Below, one piece after another: positions 10,101 to 19,478 of a stretch of 64,000 nucleotides of DNA. The translations under genes were made by a program, and so were the position numbers. Every line of letters starts with the position of its first letter. The first letter of the stretch is position 1. Under the pieces are notes generated by a model that had not been told where the DNA came from, searched no databases, and saw nothing but the letters and a program-made list of their open reading frames with translations. This stretch comes from Nitrospirota bacterium (GTDB lineage: Bacteria; Nitrospirota; UBA9217): assembly GCA_963751455.1 (NCBI GenBank), contig CAVVUN010000015.1, positions 608,001-672,000 of the forward strand. Reading direction: 5' to 3'.

Positions 10101-12032
10101 ATGGCATTCAAACAAAAAAAATATCTTAATACTCAGCCCCTGATCGATGCGGTCCGTCGCTATTCAGAAGCGCTGAAAACCGCAGGCATAGGCGGTGCCC
10201 TCCCGGGAGAGGAAGTTCGGGTGGCCGATGCGCGCGGCCGAGTAACAGCCCGAGCCGTCATAGCAAAAATATCTTCGCCGTTTTATCATTCAGCCGCGAT
10301 GGACGGCGTTGCCGTTAAATTCACGGACACCTTCGGCGCATCAGAGACGAGGCCGAAGCGACTTCAGGCGCCCGCACAGTTCGCCTTCGTAGACACCGGC
10401 GACCCGATGCCCGACTCTTTCGACGCCGTTATCATGATCGAAGACGTGGAAAAGGTTTCGGAATCGGAGATCGAGATCATCAAACCGGCCACACCCTGGC
10501 AGCACGTTCGACTCGTCGGAGAAGACATTGTCGCGACTGAGCTCATTATCTCCGAAAACCACCTCATTCGCCCGGTTGACCTTGCTGCCATGATAGCAAG
10601 CGGCCATACCTCAGTTACCGTCCGCCGAAGGCCGGTCGTATCGATCATCCCGACCGGGACAGAGCTTGTGGAGCCGGGAACCGGCCTAAAAAAAGGCGAA
10701 ATAATCGATTTCAATTCAACGATGCTTTCGGCCATGGCATATGAATGCGGCGCAAAGCCCGTTCCGCGAAACATAATAAAAGATGATGAGGGGCTTCTCA
10801 AAAGGACGATTCTTGAAGCCGCTGCCGAATCGGATATTGTCGTCATCAACGCCGGTTCTTCTGCAGGCAGAGAGGACTTTACGGCCGAGGCGATCAAAGC
10901 GCTCGGCAGTGTCATCGTGCATGGCGTGAGCATCAAACCGGGAAAACCCGTGATCCTCGGAATAGTGCAAGGAAAGCCCGTTATCGGCATCCCCGGCTAT
11001 CCGGTCTCGGCCGCGCTCACGTTCACGCTGTTTGTTCAGCCGCTTCTTTACGGTCTGCTCGGAGTCACTCCGCCGGAACCTCAGACGGTAACGGCCAGAC
11101 TGGGCAGGCAGGCAGCATCTTCGCTCGGCCAGGAGGAGTTTATCCGGGTGAAAGTCGGCAGCGTGGGAGGCAACCTGATTGCCACGCCCGTGGCGAGGGG
11201 AGCGGGTGCGCTCATGTCGCTCGTCCGCGCGGACGGCATAATACGGGTCCCATCACAGAGTGAAGGCATCGCAGCCGGGCAGCAAGTACCGGTCGAGCTT
11301 CTTCGGGCGAGCGCTGATATCCGGAGCACCATTGTGTGCATAGGTTCTCATGACAATGCGCTTGATGTGCTCGGCAACTATCTGAAAAAAAAGCATCCCC
11401 TGTTTTCCCTCTCGTCGGCCCACGTCGGCAGCATGGGAGGTCTCGTTGCCCTCAAACGCGGCGAGGCCCACCTTGCGGGAACTCATTTGCTCGATGAAGC
11501 AACCAATGAGTACAACGTGAGCTATATCAAGAAACTTCTTCCCGAGATGCGCATCGTGCTCATAAACCTTGTATACCGGACACAAGGATTTGTCGTGCCA
11601 AAGGGCAACCCGAAAGCCATAAAAGGGTTCGAAGACCTGGCGAGAACGGATGTGGTATTCGTAAACCGCCAGGCAGGAGCAGGTACACGGCTTCTGACCG
11701 ACCTCCACCTGAAGCGATTAAACATTGACCCAAAACGCGTAAAGGGGTATGATCACGAGGAATTTACGCATATGGCTGTAGCAGCAGCTGTTCTTTCGGG
11801 AGCAGCGGATACCGGTATGGCAGTCCTTTCGGCCGCCCAGGCCCTTAATCTCGATTTCATGCCGGTTGCCAGAGAACGATATGACCTTGCGATACCGCAG
11901 CATTTTTACGATACGCCGATGATTCAGGCTTTGCTCGCGATAATACGGCAAGATGATGACTTTCGCGATAGTATCGTTGCAATGGGCGGCTACGATGTTT
12001 CCGAAATGGGAAAGGTTCTTGCCATTCTCTAA
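10101..12032 (+). CDS. moeA: MoeA fused to a C-terminal PBP (LysR-type substrate-binding) domain
   Basis: SAAMDGVAV, TGTE, GSSAGREDFT and IKPGKP, then IGSHDNALD...HVGSMGGL...NRQAGAGTR...THMAVA...ERYDL. Confidence 0.92.
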   Translation: MAFKQKKYLNTQPLIDAVRRYSEALKTAGIGGALPGEEVRVADARGRVTARAVIAKISSPFYHSAAMDGVAVKFTDTFGASETRPKRLQAPAQFAFVDTGDPMPDSFDAVIMIEDVEKVSESEIEIIKPATPWQHVRLVGEDIVATELIISENHLIRPVDLAAMIASGHTSVTVRRRPVVSIIPTGTELVEPGTGLKKGEIIDFNSTMLSAMAYECGAKPVPRNIIKDDEGLLKRTILEAAAESDIVVINAGSSAGREDFTAEAIKALGSVIVHGVSIKPGKPVILGIVQGKPVIGIPGYPVSAALTFTLFVQPLLYGLLGVTPPEPQTVTARLGRQAASSLGQEEFIRVKVGSVGGNLIATPVARGAGALMSLVRADGIIRVPSQSEGIAAGQQVPVELLRASADIRSTIVCIGSHDNALDVLGNYLKKKHPLFSLSSAHVGSMGGLVALKRGEAHLAGTHLLDEATNEYNVSYIKKLLPEMRIVLINLVYRTQGFVVPKGNPKAIKGFEDLARTDVVFVNRQAGAGTRLLTDLHLKRLNIDPKRVKGYDHEEFTHMAVAAAVLSGAADTGMAVLSAAQALNLDFMPVARERYDLAIPQHFYDTPMIQALLAIIRQDDDFRDSIVAMGGYDVSEMGKVLAIL

Positions 12033-12050
12033 AAACCATATGTAAATTGT

Positions 12051-12077
12051 GGAACTAAACGATACGCACATCTCAAA
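12051..12077 (+). promoter_or_regulatory. Candidate ECF (sigmaE-type) promoter of tolQRAB
   Basis: GGAACT-N16-TCAAA about 50 nt before tolQ. Confidence 0.35.
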
Positions 12078-12124
12078 TTCACTATTCAAATCTTCGTTAA
12101 TAATCGATTCGGGAGGTATTCTTA

Positions 12125-12835
12125 ATGTTTGCTCTTGCTGCAACATCCGTTACGGCGCCGGGTATCGTCGGGTTGTTTCTGGAAGCGGGCTGGATGGGCA
12201 AAGTGATCATGGGCATCCTCATGATTTTTTCCATCATATCCTGGGCCATGATATTGCTCAAGTATCAGTTCCTGCGCAGGGCTGAAAAGGAATCGCACTC
12301 GTTTCTTGCTGCCTTCAGAAAGACCAAGAACATCGATGAACTGATAAAGCATGCGGAGGCCAAGAAATACAGCCCGCTCGCCACGCTTTTTTTAGAGGGA
12401 CACAGAGAAACCGAAGCGATTATAAAGTCCTTTCCCAACGGAAAGATAAAGGATGATGATCGTTCGCTCGTTTCCACGGAGATCGAACGCGCTCTTACCA
12501 TTACGGCGCAGGACGAAGTTGTCTACATGGAACGCTATCTGGCTTTTCTCGGCACGACAGGCACGGTCGGGCCGCTGCTGGGATTGTTTGGTACGGTATG
12601 GGGCATTATGGACGCGTTCTACGGAATCGGGCTGAAAGGGTCCGGTGATATCGGCGCCCTTGCACCGGGGCTTGCCGAAGCGCTGATCAACACCTCGGGC
12701 GGGCTGTTCGTCGCCATCCCGGCGGTGATCGCATACAATTATTTTGCAGAGAAGATCAAGGACATTGCGACCCGGATGGATTCGTTCTCGATCGAGTTCC
12801 TGAGCTTCGTTAATAGAACGCACCTGAGGGGATAG
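12125..12835 (+). CDS. tolQ: TolQ (MotA/TolQ/ExbB family)
   Basis: FLGTTGTVGPLLGLFGTVWGIM...APGLAEAL...GLFVAIPAVIAYN; SD GGGAGG. Confidence 0.93.
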   Translation: MFALAATSVTAPGIVGLFLEAGWMGKVIMGILMIFSIISWAMILLKYQFLRRAEKESHSFLAAFRKTKNIDELIKHAEAKKYSPLATLFLEGHRETEAIIKSFPNGKIKDDDRSLVSTEIERALTITAQDEVVYMERYLAFLGTTGTVGPLLGLFGTVWGIMDAFYGIGLKGSGDIGALAPGLAEALINTSGGLFVAIPAVIAYNYFAEKIKDIATRMDSFSIEFLSFVNRTHLRG

Positions 12836-12837
12836 CC

Positions 12838-13257
12838 ATGAAACTGCGGCGAAGAACCAGTCCTATCATGCGGGAGCTCAACCTGGTACCGCTCATCGAC
12901 GTGCTGCTGGTCGTTCTATTTTTTTATATGATTATATCGCCGATGATGAGCCGGGGGCTCGATGTCAACCTTCCGAAATCCGAATCCAACACCGTAAAGC
13001 CCGAAGACCGCATCGTGCTCACGGTGACCAGGGGCCAGGAGCTCTTTGTCGAAAAAGAACGGGTGAACATCTCGAACCTCAAGGAAGTACTGGATTCGAT
13101 ACGGAAGGCAAAACCCCAGATAAACATCTATCTTCGCGCTGACCGGGATGCGCCGTACGGGGCGGTCGTGCAGGTAATGGACGTCGTGAAAAGGGCGGGG
13201 ATAGATAAACTGGGCATGGTTACCGAGGCCGCTCCGGGAGGCGAGACAGGCAAATGA
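12838..13257 (+). CDS. tolR: TolR (ExbD family)
   Basis: ELNLVPLIDVLLVVL, LRADRDAPYGAVVQVMD. Confidence 0.92.
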   Translation: MKLRRRTSPIMRELNLVPLIDVLLVVLFFYMIISPMMSRGLDVNLPKSESNTVKPEDRIVLTVTRGQELFVEKERVNISNLKEVLDSIRKAKPQINIYLRADRDAPYGAVVQVMDVVKRAGIDKLGMVTEAAPGGETGK

Positions 13258-13952
13258 AGCTGTCGTCCGGAAAGAGGATCGGACAGTCGAAACAGGAATT
13301 GACGGCGGCGGTCTTCTTTTCTTTTTTCCTTCATGCGATCTTCGTTCTTTCGTGGGTGTTCCTGTATTTAAATCTTTTCTCCAAGGTTCACGTGCCGCTC
13401 TCCTACGAGGTACAGCTTGTCGCTCCTTCACAACCGGCTGTGCTTCCTCAGACTCCTCAGGTCCCTGCCTCTCCTCCTCGGGAGGTGAAGCCCGAACCGA
13501 AGCGGAAAAAGGCGCCCGAGAAGGTCCATAAGCCCGCGACAAAAAAAGGAGAAATGCCCGACCTCAGCACTCTCAAGCAAAAACAGACGGAACAGGCAAA
13601 ACCTGCGGAGAGTATGCCTGCGCCCGCTGCAAAGACGGAAAGCGTCGCGGTAGCCACTCCGCAGCAGGACTTTAAGTTCGGCTGGTATCTGGCAAATGTT
13701 CGTGACAAGATAAAGCCTAACTGGCAACCACTGAAAGGAAACCAGGATGCTACGGCACGTGTCATATTTTCAATCAATAGATCAGGCTGGGTTGTCGATG
13801 TAAATGTGGACAATGAACATTCGACGGGAAGTTTTGAATTCAAGCAGGCAGCGATTCGCGCAATTCGCGCTTCGAACCCCTTCCCTCCTCTCCCGGAGGA
13901 ATTTACAAAGGCTACGCTGCAGTTCAGTGTGGATTTAATACCTGAAGAATAA
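13254..13952 (+). CDS. tolA: TolA/TonB-family protein
   Basis: N-terminal TM with SxxLH, Pro/Lys-rich linker and TonB-C-like domain (AAIRAIRASNPFPPLP); position in the tol cluster. Confidence 0.8.
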   Translation: MKLSSGKRIGQSKQELTAAVFFSFFLHAIFVLSWVFLYLNLFSKVHVPLSYEVQLVAPSQPAVLPQTPQVPASPPREVKPEPKRKKAPEKVHKPATKKGEMPDLSTLKQKQTEQAKPAESMPAPAAKTESVAVATPQQDFKFGWYLANVRDKIKPNWQPLKGNQDATARVIFSINRSGWVVDVNVDNEHSTGSFEFKQAAIRAIRASNPFPPLPEEFTKATLQFSVDLIPEE

Positions 13953-13964
13953 ACAAAAAACGAT

Positions 13965-15271
13965 ATGCAAATAAATAGCATGAAACGATCGATTCTTATC
14001 ATATTTATTTTCATAGTGCTAGCCGTTCTCGGACGCAGCCCGGCAGAGTCCCAATTCTACCTGGGGATCATCCAGGGTGAGAGCAAGAGATCCCGATTAC
14101 GGTGCTCGATATCCAGGACCGTACAGCGAACCCGAGGCTTCGGAGCCAGGCGCTCGAAATCCTGCAGGCCGACCTGCGGCGTTCGCAGATTTTCGACGTT
14201 ATGGATGCCAGGAAGCTGGATCTTTCCCATACCGGGAAATCAGAGCCCCCGGAAGCTGTCCTGAAGCGTGCGGGAACATTCGGGGTGGCCGGCGTCGTTT
14301 GGGGAGCGCTGGAAAAGAAGGGTGATGAACTTGTTCTGTCCGGCAGGCTCTACGATGCGGCTTCCGCCATGAAGATGAGCGGCAAGGAATATTTCGGAAA
14401 TGAAGAGAAGTTCCGACCGATGATTCATGCCTTTGCCGACGAGATCGTATCCCGGTTTACGGGGGAAAAGGGTATTGCGAGATCGCGGATTGCTTTCGTA
14501 TCGGACAAGACAAAATACAGGGAACTCTACGTTATGGACTACGACGGACAGAACCAGATGAAAGTCACAGCTGACCGTTCCATCTGTCTATCCCCTTCCT
14601 GGAGCCCGGACGGTAAAATGCTCGCTTATGTATCATACCGTGATAAGAATCCGGACTTGTACGGCCTTGACATGGAAACAAGCAGGCGCTGGAAAATATC
14701 AGGGGCGGAAGGGCTGAACATTTCACCAGCGTGGGCTCCGGACGGCAAAAGGCTTGCTTTGGCCATGAGCTCAAGCGGCAACACTGAAATATATACCGTG
14801 GGATTGCAGGGAACAAACTTGGAGCGCCTGACGTTTGGATCCTCAGATAACGTTTCACCCGCCTGGGCCCCGAATGGCCGCGAGATTGTCTTCACCTCCG
14901 GACGCGCAGGAACACCGCAGCTCTATGTCATGAGCAGCGAGGGCACGGATGCACGCCGTATTACCTTCGAGGGAAGGTATAATGCTTCCCCGAACTGGTC
15001 TCCGCGCGGGGACAGGATAGTGTTTGTTTCACAGGTGCAGGGCATATTCAAAATCGCTACCATAAATCCGGACGGGTCTGATTTCCGGCTGCTTACGACT
15101 GGTTCCGGGACTGATGAAAATCCTTCATGGTCCCCCAGCGGACGACAAATCCTCTTCAGTTCGAACCGGGAGGGAAAGTCTGGCATCTACATGATGAACG
15201 CGGACGGTTCGGACGTGGAACGGATCACGCCGAATGATGCGAATTACACCTCTCCTGGCTGGTCGCCCTAG
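13965..15271 (+). pseudogene. tolB: TolB with an apparent 1-nt deletion near 14085-14090 (true lesion or sequencing error)
   Basis: The signal-peptide ORF (MKRSILIIFIFIVLAVLGRSPAESQFYLGIIQGESK) joins the main frame (IPITVLDIQD... with PD40 repeats SPSWSPDG) if one base is added in AAGAGATC. Confidence 0.85.
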
Positions 15272-15429
15272 AAAATTATTGTTCAACGTAACAGCGGAAC
15301 CCGCCCGGTTTTTTCCCCCTTTTTTTCTGCAATTTGATATAGTATTATTACCTTGAAGCGGATCAGCCTGGCCGCGCAAAAAAGGCGCAACCAGCCCAAA
15401 AAGCGAGATATTTGGAGATAGGAGATTGC

Positions 15430-15867
15430 ATGGAAAATCAGCAACCCGTAACCATTCTTCTGATCGAGGACGACCCGGGGCACGCATTGCTCATAGAAAA
15501 AAATCTTCGCCGGGCGGGCATCGCGAACGATATTATCGTGCTTGACAACGGTCAGAAGGCAGTCGATTTTCTTTATAAAGAAGGCGCATACCAGGGCGAC
15601 CAACAGCCGGTGCCGCCGCTCATTCTCCTCGATCTCAATCTCCCTGTCCTTGACGGTTTTAACGTGCTGAAGCGGATCAAGAATGACAAGCGCACCAAAC
15701 AGATTCCCGTTATTGTTCTTACTACCACCGACAGCCCGCACGAGATTTCCCGCTGCTATGAACTGGGATGCAATGTGTATATCACGAAGCCTGTTGAATA
15801 CGACAATTTCAGCGATGCGATAAGAAAACTTGGACTTTTTCTCTCTATTGTTAAAGTTCCCGAATGA
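15430..15867 (+). CDS. Single-domain response regulator (Rcp1-like)
   Basis: ILLIEDD, LILLDLNLPVLDG, IPVIVLTT, CYELGCNVYITKP; SD GGAG. Confidence 0.9.
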   Translation: MENQQPVTILLIEDDPGHALLIEKNLRRAGIANDIIVLDNGQKAVDFLYKEGAYQGDQQPVPPLILLDLNLPVLDGFNVLKRIKNDKRTKQIPVIVLTTTDSPHEISRCYELGCNVYITKPVEYDNFSDAIRKLGLFLSIVKVPE

Positions 15868-17078
15868 ATCGTCAATACGCATACAGGGCTGCTTCGAAAG
15901 AGGCGCCGCCCGAAGTCCGCTTCCTTCTGCGATCGAACAAAAAATATTACGCCCGGATACCGTCGTTTAACGCGGCAGCCTGCTTATTGGCCCTGCTGGT
16001 CGGTTGGTGCGCACCGGCTCTGGGAGCGGCTGCGCCCGCGAAAAATCCGGTCCGTAAAAAAATTGTCGTGGTGAGCAGCTATCATCCGGAATATGAATGG
16101 TCCCGCGACACGAGCCGCGGTTTCTGTGATGCGATGCTGAAGTTCGGCTATTTCGAGACACCCGGACAGGCGGAAGAATTCTGTGTGAATGACTACGTGA
16201 CGACCTCGAAAGTCGTGGTCAGAAAATTCTGGCTGGATGCAACGCGGATAACGAACAAGCCGCAACTCACAAGAATAGCGGTAGAAATGACGAGGATCAT
16301 CAAGGGATGGTCGCCCGATCTGATATTCCTCGGCGATGATGAGGCCGGCAACTATATCGGCAACCAGTTTCTGGATACAGCAACGCCGCTTGTTTTCTGG
16401 GGTTTCAACGCAAATCCGGTCAAGTATGGCCTTATGGATACGGCCGATCGTCCCGGACACAATATAACGGGTGTATACGAGAGCGGGTATTATCTCGACA
16501 GCATACGCCTTCTGAGAACTCTCGCCCCGCGAGTGAAAACGTTTGCGATCCTGACCGATGATTCTCCTTCTGCTCGCGCCCATCAGAAAGGCATTGAATT
16601 TCTCGCGCGAAAGGGCCTGCTTCCCGTCAAGCTCGTAGCAACCGTCTCAACGAATGACTATGCGCTTTGGAAGGCGAAGGCCCTCGAGCTTCAAAAAAGG
16701 ACGGACAGCTTCTTTGTCGCGGAGTATTCCAGTCTGAAGGACGAAAAAGGGAACCCGGTTCCGAATGAGGAAGCGGCACGCTGGTATCTGGAACACATTA
16801 CAGTTCCGGAAGCGACGCTCGGGTTCATGGTCCGGCAGGGGCTGCTGTGCGGCGCCGATGATTCCGGATATAAACAATCCTACGAAGCGGTATCGATAGC
16901 GCATGATATTCTCGCGAACGGGGCGAGTCCCTCCATATACCCTGCGCGCACGCCCCAGCGGGGCGCACTGCGTGTTAACCGTGAACGGGCCGCCCTGCTC
17001 GGAATCGTTCTTCCGAAGGACAAGACGATCGAGGAGTATATCGACCGGGCGCAGGCGTTGAAGGAACTGAAGAAGTGA
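15864..17078 (+). CDS. Periplasmic ABC-type substrate-binding-like protein with no adjacent permease
   Basis: Signal peptide, VVSSYHPEYEW, PDLIFLGDDEA, TPLVFWGFN and NITGVYE. The true start may be further downstream. Confidence 0.75.
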   Translation: MNRQYAYRAASKEAPPEVRFLLRSNKKYYARIPSFNAAACLLALLVGWCAPALGAAAPAKNPVRKKIVVVSSYHPEYEWSRDTSRGFCDAMLKFGYFETPGQAEEFCVNDYVTTSKVVVRKFWLDATRITNKPQLTRIAVEMTRIIKGWSPDLIFLGDDEAGNYIGNQFLDTATPLVFWGFNANPVKYGLMDTADRPGHNITGVYESGYYLDSIRLLRTLAPRVKTFAILTDDSPSARAHQKGIEFLARKGLLPVKLVATVSTNDYALWKAKALELQKRTDSFFVAEYSSLKDEKGNPVPNEEAARWYLEHITVPEATLGFMVRQGLLCGADDSGYKQSYEAVSIAHDILANGASPSIYPARTPQRGALRVNRERAALLGIVLPKDKTIEEYIDRAQALKELKK

Positions 17079-17127
17079 TAAGCATATAAGCCACCTCGGG
17101 AGTATACCACGATCACAAAGGCAGCGC

Positions 17128-19407
17128 ATGAAGCGGGATAACAAGGGACTCTCCATATTCGTCCGGCTCCTGATCTCGTTTGTGGCCGTCGTCATCATCA
17201 TGAGCGGCCTGCTCACCGCGATTTTCTACGTTTTCAGCAGAAAATCGATCGAGAAGCAGACAGAGGAGTACGTTCAACAGCAGTTTCAGACAGTCAGTCA
17301 TCATTTCCGGTCAGAGCTCAGAAATATGCTCGTGAAGGACCTTCAGTTGCTCGCGTCCAACCCGCTTCTGGACGACTTCATCATGTCCTCTGAAGGAGAG
17401 CGCGAATTGAACGCGCGCGGCGTGGAGCGTTCTTTTCTTGAATCACTGAAGGCGAGCAGAAGCTATCAGAGCATTACCTACATCAATGTTGACGGCAGAG
17501 AGGCCGTGAAGGTGGACTGGTCGGGGCGGGTGCGCAAGTTTCGAGATGTCAGCCGCAGCCCGCTTTTCGTACGGCTAAGCCAGGAACCACCCGGCAGTAT
17601 TGAAAGCGAGGGGCCGTTTTTCGATGAATACGGCAACCTTCTTTTTTCAACCGCAATTTACAAGACCGACGCAGACATCGGAAAATTTGGGGGCATTGTC
17701 GTCATCGACTACAGCCTCGACGATTTCATCGGCTACCTGGACCGCCTGAAGATCTTCGATGAAAACCCGCTCTGGCTTTTAACCCCGAACGGTGCTGTTC
17801 TGAAACGTCCGAGAGACGATCTCTCAAGCTTCGACCCCAGGCAGCACCTGACACGCGAAAGCCCAAGAGAGCCGGTCCTTACGAGGGTAGAGCAGGGGAT
17901 GCTTGTATACCAGGACCTTTCGATTATTCCCGATCGTCCGCTTCTGAGGCTGGCTATCAGCCTGCGGTCTTCTGTCCTGCTCAGAGACATGCGGTCGGTC
18001 CTGCGTTTTTTCCTTTTTGTTTCGCTTGCCTCCATTCTCGTTACTTCCTTTTTTGCCTATCATTTGGCCAAATTTCTATCAGGGCCGATCGTGGAACTGG
18101 CTCACGCCGCTTCACGCATCGCGCGAGGCGAACCCACGACCCAGGTACATGTCAAGGCCACCGGAGAAGTTCAGCTGCTTGTAGACAGTTTCAACCGAAT
18201 GGCCGAGGACCTTGAAAAGACGACCGTTTCCCGGGATTATGTCGATAATATCCTGAAAAGCATGATGGACACCCTGATCGTTGTTTCGCCTGAGGGCACG
18301 ATCCTCAGGTTAAACGCCGCCGCCTGCCTACTGCTCGGCTACGAACAGGAAGAACTAATCGGCCGGCCGTTTGAAACGATCGTGAACGGCGAAAATGATG
18401 ACCGCCATCGCCTCGGAGATGTCCTGTCAAGCGGCGCGGCAGGCTTGGAGACGTCCTACCGGGCTAAAGACGGCACAAAAGTGCCGATGCTGTTCTCTGC
18501 CTCGGTTCTGTACGATGCAGACCGGGAGGTTCAGGGTATAGTCTGCGTTGCACAGGACATTACCGAGCGCAAGCAAGCCGAGATGCGGCTAAAGAACTAT
18601 TCGGAAGAGCTGGCCGAGATCAACGAGGAGCTGAAAAATTTTGCTTATATTGTATCCCATGATCTGCGCGCTCCGCTGGTCAATATCAAGGGATTTTCCG
18701 GGGAGCTGCTGTATGGGATCGGGCAAATCAGGCCTCTTCTCGAACGCCAGGCAGCCGATAGCGAGCAGGAGCAGCGGCAGAAGTACCGCGATATCCTCGA
18801 CAAAGATATTCCTGATGCTCTTAAGTTCATCGGGTCTTCCGTAAACCGGATGGACAATCTCATTACTGCCATCCTGAAGCTTTCCAGGGCAGGCCTGCGT
18901 AAACTTAACCCGGAGCCGCTGAAAACCAATCTGCTCGTTCAGAATATTCTGCACACCCTGGAGCATCAGATAGAAACAGGGAAAATTTCCGTGACGCTCG
19001 GTCCGCTTCCTGACGTGGTCGCCGACCGGACCGCGGTAGAACAGATTTTCGGCAATCTGCTGGACAACGCCGTCAAGTACCTGGAGCCGGACCGCTCCGG
19101 CACAATAGAGATCAGCGGTGAATGCGGCGATCATGAGGCCCTTTTTCACATCCGGGACAACGGCCGCGGCATGTCGAAGGAAGACATCCCAAAGGCGTTT
19201 GACATCTTCCGCCGTGTGGGCAAACAAGATGTGCCGGGCGAAGGCATGGGCCTTGCGTATGTAAAAACGCTTGTACGGTTGCTCGGCGCACGCATCTGGT
19301 GCGATTCCGAGCCGGGAGTCGGAACAACCTTCAGTTTCACGCTCCCCCTTTCCTCGCCTGCAACGGTGAACGGCGGCAGAAAGGAAGAAAGCCGTGAAGC
19401 TTCCTGA
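17128..19407 (+). CDS. Membrane sensor histidine kinase (periplasmic Cache-like, HAMP, PAS, HisKA, HATPase)
   Basis: Two TM helices, HAMP (GEVQLLVDSFNRM), PAS, FAYIVSHDLRAPL, NLLDNAVKY, DNGRG and GEGMGL. Confidence 0.93.
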   Translation: MKRDNKGLSIFVRLLISFVAVVIIMSGLLTAIFYVFSRKSIEKQTEEYVQQQFQTVSHHFRSELRNMLVKDLQLLASNPLLDDFIMSSEGERELNARGVERSFLESLKASRSYQSITYINVDGREAVKVDWSGRVRKFRDVSRSPLFVRLSQEPPGSIESEGPFFDEYGNLLFSTAIYKTDADIGKFGGIVVIDYSLDDFIGYLDRLKIFDENPLWLLTPNGAVLKRPRDDLSSFDPRQHLTRESPREPVLTRVEQGMLVYQDLSIIPDRPLLRLAISLRSSVLLRDMRSVLRFFLFVSLASILVTSFFAYHLAKFLSGPIVELAHAASRIARGEPTTQVHVKATGEVQLLVDSFNRMAEDLEKTTVSRDYVDNILKSMMDTLIVVSPEGTILRLNAAACLLLGYEQEELIGRPFETIVNGENDDRHRLGDVLSSGAAGLETSYRAKDGTKVPMLFSASVLYDADREVQGIVCVAQDITERKQAEMRLKNYSEELAEINEELKNFAYIVSHDLRAPLVNIKGFSGELLYGIGQIRPLLERQAADSEQEQRQKYRDILDKDIPDALKFIGSSVNRMDNLITAILKLSRAGLRKLNPEPLKTNLLVQNILHTLEHQIETGKISVTLGPLPDVVADRTAVEQIFGNLLDNAVKYLEPDRSGTIEISGECGDHEALFHIRDNGRGMSKEDIPKAFDIFRRVGKQDVPGEGMGLAYVKTLVRLLGARIWCDSEPGVGTTFSFTLPLSSPATVNGGRKEESREAS

Positions 19408-19478
19408 GCGCGCATCACCGCTTTGTTCCATATTCCGGTCCGGACATTACTTTATTTCCGGTGAAAGGAGCGGCTGCC

